Shown in pieces: positions 31,105-35,964 of a stretch of 35,964 nt of DNA. The notes under the pieces were generated by a model. The model was not told the DNA's origin. It worked only from the letters and a program-made list of their open reading frames with translations, and did no database searches. The translations under genes were made by a program, and so were the position numbers. Source of the stretch: a virus; IMG/VR virus record IMGVR_UViG_3300029953_000095, positions 1-35,964 of that record; one strand, 5' to 3'. Each line of letters begins with the position of its first letter. Position 1 is the stretch's first letter.

Positions 31105-31135
31105 GCTGGCGTTTATGGCTCAGTAAGAGAAGGGT

Positions 31136-32479
31136 TTACTGAGGCAGTGCGACCACTGCATTTGCACCCGGAGCGTTACAAGAGAGGTTAAGATATCCAC
31201 CCACGCGAATCTCAACCGCATCCTGTCCAGGAATTGGAAATCCGAGCATATCGTAGAATCCGGGGAAGGTAAGGAATTGAGGAATCTTACCCAAAGAACG
31301 AAGCTTCCAGGTCTTCATTGTCAGAATATACGCGGTTTGTGCCGGGCAGTTTCTGTCCTGAATAATCGAGATTTCACCATTTGCGGTAGGAAGTACAAGC
31401 GCCTTAAAGCTAATCTCAACTTCTTCGTTCACCTTCGCGCGGATCATCTGATACTGGCCTTGACCGGTCAAGTTCTTCACAAGGGTCTGATAAGAGATCG
31501 GGTTGATAAAGATCGCATCTGGATCGCCAGCTTCCGAAGACTGAGCAGCAAGCTGATTAGTTGCGTCAATCAGGCAATCCTGAATTGACTCGCTCTGTCC
31601 CTGGAAGCGCAGACCAGCTAATTTGGTCGGTGAGACCGAGCGATTCTGAGCAAAGAATGAATCGCTAGGACCGGGAGCTACAGAAGGCACCCAAGAACCC
31701 AACCCAGCAATACAAAGCATGTTCGCCGAATTCAGGCCATTGGTGCTGAACAGAGTGTCGCCTACACGTCCCAAATTCGGAAATGCAGTAGACCAGCCGC
31801 TAGGAGTGCCGGCAGCACCCTGAAGGGTAGGAGACACGGTAACCGTTCCAGCTCCGGTGTCCACTGCTACAACATAACCAATCGCACCACCGGTGGACTG
31901 CGTAGCAGTTGAACCGCTGATCGAAAAGGCGTTAAGAGCCATGTTGACTGAGAATTGGTAGACCATGCCCAGGTTATCCAAAGTGATAACGCCAGCATTG
32001 ATCGAACCGCTGCCCAGACCGAAAGTTCCACGAACGCCAGACCCATCCGAGAACATTTGGAACGCGATGTCATTCGAAGCCCCCATATACAGGGATTTCA
32101 CGTTCATTTTGGCTGCTGGCATGAAAGCGCCGATGTTCTGAGCCGAAGCGCGGAGGAATTGGTTTTGAATTGAACCAACTCGATACACATTAACGGTCGT
32201 CAGAAGAAAAGAAGCCGTAGCAGGAGCGGTCTGGTAAGTCTGAGCAGTGCCAAGGTTAGCAGAACCGCCACCGCCAACATCATACAGAACTGGGATGGGA
32301 AAGTTCAAACCGCCCAAACCCATTTCCGTTTCGTCCTTGTCTACCATGGACAAGAACCTGTTTTTATTGAATACAATGTCTTTCATTACCCAGGCGTCGT
32401 CGCTATAGAGCTGTTTCAGGACCTGCAAGTTGTCTTGGCTATTACTATAAGCAATTGCCGGATTAGCTGGAGTACCCAT
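31136..32479 (-). CDS. Major capsid protein (447 aa)
   Basis: Portal-scaffold-capsid synteny, appropriate size, AGAGGT RBS, and a strong terminator immediately downstream. No family-level motif verified. Confidence 0.72.
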   Translation of the reverse strand: MGTPANPAIAYSNSQDNLQVLKQLYSDDAWVMKDIVFNKNRFLSMVDKDETEMGLGGLNFPIPVLYDVGGGGSANLGTAQTYQTAPATASFLLTTVNVYRVGSIQNQFLRASAQNIGAFMPAAKMNVKSLYMGASNDIAFQMFSDGSGVRGTFGLGSGSINAGVITLDNLGMVYQFSVNMALNAFSISGSTATQSTGGAIGYVVAVDTGAGTVTVSPTLQGAAGTPSGWSTAFPNLGRVGDTLFSTNGLNSANMLCIAGLGSWVPSVAPGPSDSFFAQNRSVSPTKLAGLRFQGQSESIQDCLIDATNQLAAQSSEAGDPDAIFINPISYQTLVKNLTGQGQYQMIRAKVNEEVEISFKALVLPTANGEISIIQDRNCPAQTAYILTMKTWKLRSLGKIPQFLTFPGFYDMLGFPIPGQDAVEIRVGGYLNLSCNAPGANAVVALPQ

Positions 32480-32482
32480 TTA

Positions 32483-33430
32483 TTACCTCTGAATTCGGGA
32501 AGCCTGAACCCTTCGTGCAGCTTCTTCCCATTGTTCCATTTCCGACATCATGTGAAATGGTTTTGACGATGGCTTCTGACCGGAAGTTACCGTCATGCTT
32601 TGTGTTATCGTTTTTGGCGCGGTCTTCGGAGCGCCCAATACTTTGGATGGATCTGAAAACTTTTTCTTAATCTTTGTTACGGAAGCAAACTTCTCTGCGC
32701 GCCTTACAAGTTCGGCCTCAATCTCTTTTGCCGCCTGTTCTGAAGTTAGTTCGATTCCATCTTCTTCAAAGCTATCGTTAACATGCTGTAAAACAAGATG
32801 TTCTACTCCAAGCTCTTTAATCGTAGAAAACTCTTCATTCTCGCCAACTATTTTAGCGATTTCTTGTTTCCACAACGCTTGGTTAGCCTGATATTCTTTG
32901 ATAGCCTGTTCTTCTTGCGCCTTCTCTAATGAAGAAAGCTTTTCTTCAACTTGTCTGTATCGTTTCTCGGTAGGATCTTCTGATGACTTTTTATCTATGA
33001 GATATTGAGTATACTCATCATAAGATAATCCAAGTTCATCTGCAGCAGAGTAATCCTTGGCTTCAAGTTTTGCCTTGATCTGAGCATATTTGTCAGCATC
33101 AGCTAACTTTTGAGCCAATTCTCTTTCTCGCTGTGCTAATACATGCTCCCTCTTTCGCTGTGCCTGCTCTTTTCTAACTAGCGCAGTTACCTGAGGGGAT
33201 AACTTTACAGACTCTTCTTCTTTTTGAACCGGTGCGTCTTCAACCTGCTCATTAATGTTTGACTGCTTCGAATTTTCTAAATCCTTCTTTTGGATTGGAG
33301 TCCCAGTTACTGTAGTTGTGCCTTTTGGGTCGTAACCTACGAATTCTTTTGAGGGTAAATCAAACTGACTTTGCTCTAAGTTACTCTTTGGAGTAACCGG
33401 AGCATCTATTGCTTCGGTAGTAAATGACAT
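32483..33430 (-). CDS. Scaffolding protein (315 aa)
   Basis: Lies between the portal and capsid genes. Highly charged E/K/Q-rich helical sequence (RKEQAQRKREHVLAQRERELAQKLADADKYAQIKAKLEAK). Confidence 0.65.
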   Translation of the reverse strand: MSFTTEAIDAPVTPKSNLEQSQFDLPSKEFVGYDPKGTTTVTGTPIQKKDLENSKQSNINEQVEDAPVQKEEESVKLSPQVTALVRKEQAQRKREHVLAQRERELAQKLADADKYAQIKAKLEAKDYSAADELGLSYDEYTQYLIDKKSSEDPTEKRYRQVEEKLSSLEKAQEEQAIKEYQANQALWKQEIAKIVGENEEFSTIKELGVEHLVLQHVNDSFEEDGIELTSEQAAKEIEAELVRRAEKFASVTKIKKKFSDPSKVLGAPKTAPKTITQSMTVTSGQKPSSKPFHMMSEMEQWEEAARRVQASRIQR

Positions 33431-33473
33431 TGACTCGATTCTCCATTATTATTTTTCTTCATTTTTTCTTCGG

Positions 33474-35408
33474 TCATACTTGCACCCCAGACGTAGGCCC
33501 TACGGATTGTGCCGGTGGTGCTACTGACAATTGTCCAGCTCCCTGATCCTGTGGAGTTGGCATGGGAGGAGGAGGCGTTGCAGTCTTTTTTAAAGTCTGA
33601 ATGGTAGTAAAATAGTCTTCAAGTAACTGCTTTTTAGAGTCTTCAAGGTCAGTTACTGCATATTTATTGATAGTTTGAACGGTTAGAGTAGTTGCAAGAT
33701 CGGTTGGATCAAGGATAAATTCATCCGGTGCGGAGAATCCAGATTTCCCATTTTCAACAATATTATCAAGATCGTGCAAAATACGCTCTTCTAAGGCTAA
33801 TGCGAGCTGGTCCGACTGCTCAAGATCGGGAAAGTTTGATAACCGACGAAATTCTTGATTGGTTATCTCGCCTGCCGCTAGCATCTCTGAAAGCTTTGCC
33901 TGACGACCTGCGGGATCGCGTGGGAGCGAAGATTCATCAAAACATTGAATAACATAAGTGTCTTTTAAAACTCCACCTACAATAGGTAGATCAACTTCTT
34001 CAGTCCCATTTTTTCCTAGATATACAGTGGTATAAGATCCAGTCCTCTGATAAATGTCGCATGCCTTGTCGATCATTATGTAAGCAAGATCAGGATAGAA
34101 ATTCTGGTATCGTCTCTGAAGGGCAGCAAACCTATCGCTTTCAACGTTCTGCATCGTGCGAAGTGCTTCACCTGAATTTAGACCGGCCTGCTTCTGTGAG
34201 GCCGCACTAAGCTGAGATACACCAGACATTTGATAAGCATTTTCAATCAACCACTTGATGTAATCGTATATCTCTTGATTGTTGCACGTTGCATTAACAA
34301 ACTGAGGCGCTTCTGCCATCGTTTTTACTTTGATGATAGAGGCAACGTTGTTGTTAAATGCGGTCTCTAAAACCTTAGACAACTCAGAAATGATAATTTT
34401 AGGAACACCGACCATTTCAATGCATTGGGATGCAATTATCAGCATTTTGTAGATTTCCATTTGACCAGGAAATAGGATTTCTGCCAAACCCTGAGCAAAC
34501 CAACCTACTGTGTTTTGGTTATAATCAAGCTTTGCAAATGGAAAATATGATTTTTCCCAGGGTTCATCAAGCAACACTCCCTCGCTGCAAACGATGACGT
34601 GCCGACCGTCCTTGGCCATTTTACCACTAGGAAGGTGCCAGCCTTCGCTAACAATAAACTGGTCAGATACCGTGTCAGTCGATTGCGGCGAACTGTCTAC
34701 CGTTCCACCCTGAGATGCGTATATTTTTTCTGATTCTTTCGGAAATTCTTCTGACATAACTCCACGATCGCACAGCTTTGTTTGAATCAAAGCACGCGGT
34801 TTGCGGTAATAGGCATCGTTAAAATCTACAAGTAGTTCTGTCTCCAATGTTCTCTCTAGTTCAACCTTTTCGTCTTTTTCGATCACCTTAATAAAACCAT
34901 TTCCAAGCTGAGCACAGTCTCTGAACGCTTCCGCTCCGAGTTCATAGGCCTTGCACCTATAAAACTCGCCCATAATAAAATTGTTCAGCTCTTTGGCTAT
35001 CTTTCGTTCCTTGTAATTTCCTGCGTTAGTGAGGAAAACAGGTCTAGGTTTATCCTGTGTAATCTTTGAGGTGAGGGTGTCGATACATGAATATACGACA
35101 TTGGCGGTCGGTCGTCCAATCGGCATCTGTTGCGAATTGTCCAAAGTAGAAGTAGAAGCCAAATAGTTATAAAGAGGCTTGCCACTAAATAGCCGTGAGT
35201 ACATAGAAGCTTGTCGTATCCGCGCCGAATGGAAATTTTTAAGAAACGCAGTTGTTGAAAGAAGTTGGGCAAGCAATTCTTTGTCATCACGCGCTAACCA
35301 CCATTGGTAATAGTTTTGTTCTTTGGGCAAGGTCTTACGATCTCTGGGATCAATAATCTTGTCCTTAGCCATCTTAGCTACTTCAACCGGGCTTGTCGTG
35401 AACCCCAT
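33474..35408 (-). CDS. Portal protein (644 aa)
   Basis: Size and position upstream of scaffold and capsid. N-terminal segment ...ARIRQASMYSRLFSGKPLYN... and an acidic/Pro-rich C-terminus are typical of podovirus portals. Confidence 0.75.
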   Translation of the reverse strand: MGFTTSPVEVAKMAKDKIIDPRDRKTLPKEQNYYQWWLARDDKELLAQLLSTTAFLKNFHSARIRQASMYSRLFSGKPLYNYLASTSTLDNSQQMPIGRPTANVVYSCIDTLTSKITQDKPRPVFLTNAGNYKERKIAKELNNFIMGEFYRCKAYELGAEAFRDCAQLGNGFIKVIEKDEKVELERTLETELLVDFNDAYYRKPRALIQTKLCDRGVMSEEFPKESEKIYASQGGTVDSSPQSTDTVSDQFIVSEGWHLPSGKMAKDGRHVIVCSEGVLLDEPWEKSYFPFAKLDYNQNTVGWFAQGLAEILFPGQMEIYKMLIIASQCIEMVGVPKIIISELSKVLETAFNNNVASIIKVKTMAEAPQFVNATCNNQEIYDYIKWLIENAYQMSGVSQLSAASQKQAGLNSGEALRTMQNVESDRFAALQRRYQNFYPDLAYIMIDKACDIYQRTGSYTTVYLGKNGTEEVDLPIVGGVLKDTYVIQCFDESSLPRDPAGRQAKLSEMLAAGEITNQEFRRLSNFPDLEQSDQLALALEERILHDLDNIVENGKSGFSAPDEFILDPTDLATTLTVQTINKYAVTDLEDSKKQLLEDYFTTIQTLKKTATPPPPMPTPQDQGAGQLSVAPPAQSVGPTSGVQV

Positions 35409-35411
35409 GGA

Positions 35412-35690
35412 TTATCCCCCGGCTCCTGCTGGAAAAATAGTATCTAAAAGCTTTGAATCATCCATCCTCAGGGTATTAATCAATCCCTTTAGCTTCTCAG
35501 TTGCTTCTTCATTGGCTACTGGAGCGTCAGAAAGTGTAGGAGTTGGAGCTGGCACATGCACCGTAGAATTGAGAGGTAATTGCTCAGAGGACACAGAAGT
35601 AAACTGGACTTCAAATTCTGATGATTTAAAGTGTACCGCTCCGGAGCGTTTTAACTCCCGAAGTATTTCAAGAGTTTCTACAGCATTCAT
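35412..35690 (-). CDS. Small hypothetical protein (92 aa)
   Basis: ATGA overlap with the upstream ORF. Its stop lies 3 nt before the portal ATG. Confidence 0.55.
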   Translation of the reverse strand: MNAVETLEILRELKRSGAVHFKSSEFEVQFTSVSSEQLPLNSTVHVPAPTPTLSDAPVANEEATEKLKGLINTLRMDDSKLLDTIFPAGAGG

Positions 35691-35953
35691 AATGCGTCGA
35701 AATACTTCTTAATTCGAACGATTGATTTTTTAAGCTGTTCAACGTCCTGGCTAGACTCATCTTCGCCCATTTCAGTATCCGTGGGAGATTCATGGTCTGG
35801 TTCTCCAAGTGCTTGATTAACTTCCACATCTTGCTTCTCTTCAAAAGCAACATTTGGATCAACCGCTTCTTGACCGGCATAATCCATATCAGGACGAAGT
35901 GATTCTCTTTTGCGTTTACGAATTGCGGCACTGAGCGCCTTAGCTTCAAACAT
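35687..35953 (-). CDS. Small acidic hypothetical protein (88 aa)
   Basis: AAGGAG, 5-nt spacer, ATG 35953. Basic N-terminus (AIRKRKRESLR), then an acidic body. Spans the circular junction context, immediately downstream of gene 119..682. Confidence 0.6.
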   Translation of the reverse strand: MFEAKALSAAIRKRKRESLRPDMDYAGQEAVDPNVAFEEKQDVEVNQALGEPDHESPTDTEMGEDESSQDVEQLKKSIVRIKKYFDAL

Positions 35954-35964
35954 GATTACTCCTT
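35838..35964. repeat. Terminal exact duplicate (copy 2) of 1..127
   Basis: See copy 1. Confidence 0.95.

Noticed and set aside
35838-35964. The 127-nt terminal repeat as a biologically meaningful direct terminal repeat or att site
   Set aside because: Its length of exactly 127 nt, its position cutting through a coding sequence, and its perfect identity are what a k-mer assembler leaves on a circular path. It cannot be distinguished from a real DTR without reads, so it is reported only as closure evidence.

Overview
The window is a complete, circularly closing dsDNA phage genome. Bases 1-127 repeat exactly at 35838-35964, giving a unit length of 35,837 bp.

Layout is two-armed:
- A ~27.5 kb minus-strand late arm runs from 4413 leftwards, through the window junction, down to 12786. 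It encodes an HTH+GNAT protein, TerS, TerL, tRNA-Asn, four small head-proximal proteins, portal, scaffold and major capsid. These are followed by tail and adaptor proteins, a 1039-aa tail protein, internal/ejection-type proteins, and two large fibre-like proteins.
- An ~8.1 kb plus-strand arm (4504-12603) carries an atypical lysis-like cassette, an aberrant tRNA-like gene and a Gp157-like + ERF recombination pair. It also carries a mini C5-methyltransferase-like protein, a DUF1064-like nuclease and many tiny translationally coupled ORFs.

There is no tape measure, sheath or tube gene, so the phage is podovirus-like. I recognised no DNA polymerase, primase/helicase, RNA polymerase, integrase or repressor.

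The candidates most worth a second look:
1. The accessory island at 7458-10214. It has a 0.5 kb ORF-free stretch bounded by an inverted-orientation terminator. A ~35-nt leader element occurs five times (three intact, two decayed) in front of paralogous mini-genes, one of them frameshifted at an A6 run.
2. A cloverleaf tRNA-like gene (5868-5949) whose anticodon loop is replaced by a 14-nt palindromic insert.
3. A (GGC-NNC)n microsatellite ORF encoding a Gly-Tyr/Asp/Ser polymer, flanked by a 37-bp duplication.
4. GG-bracket short linear motifs recurring in four putative virion-internal proteins.
5. Two fibre-like proteins with Sec-type signal peptides, one carrying an LVIVD-like beta-propeller.

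All family assignments come from motif recognition by eye. No database search was run.
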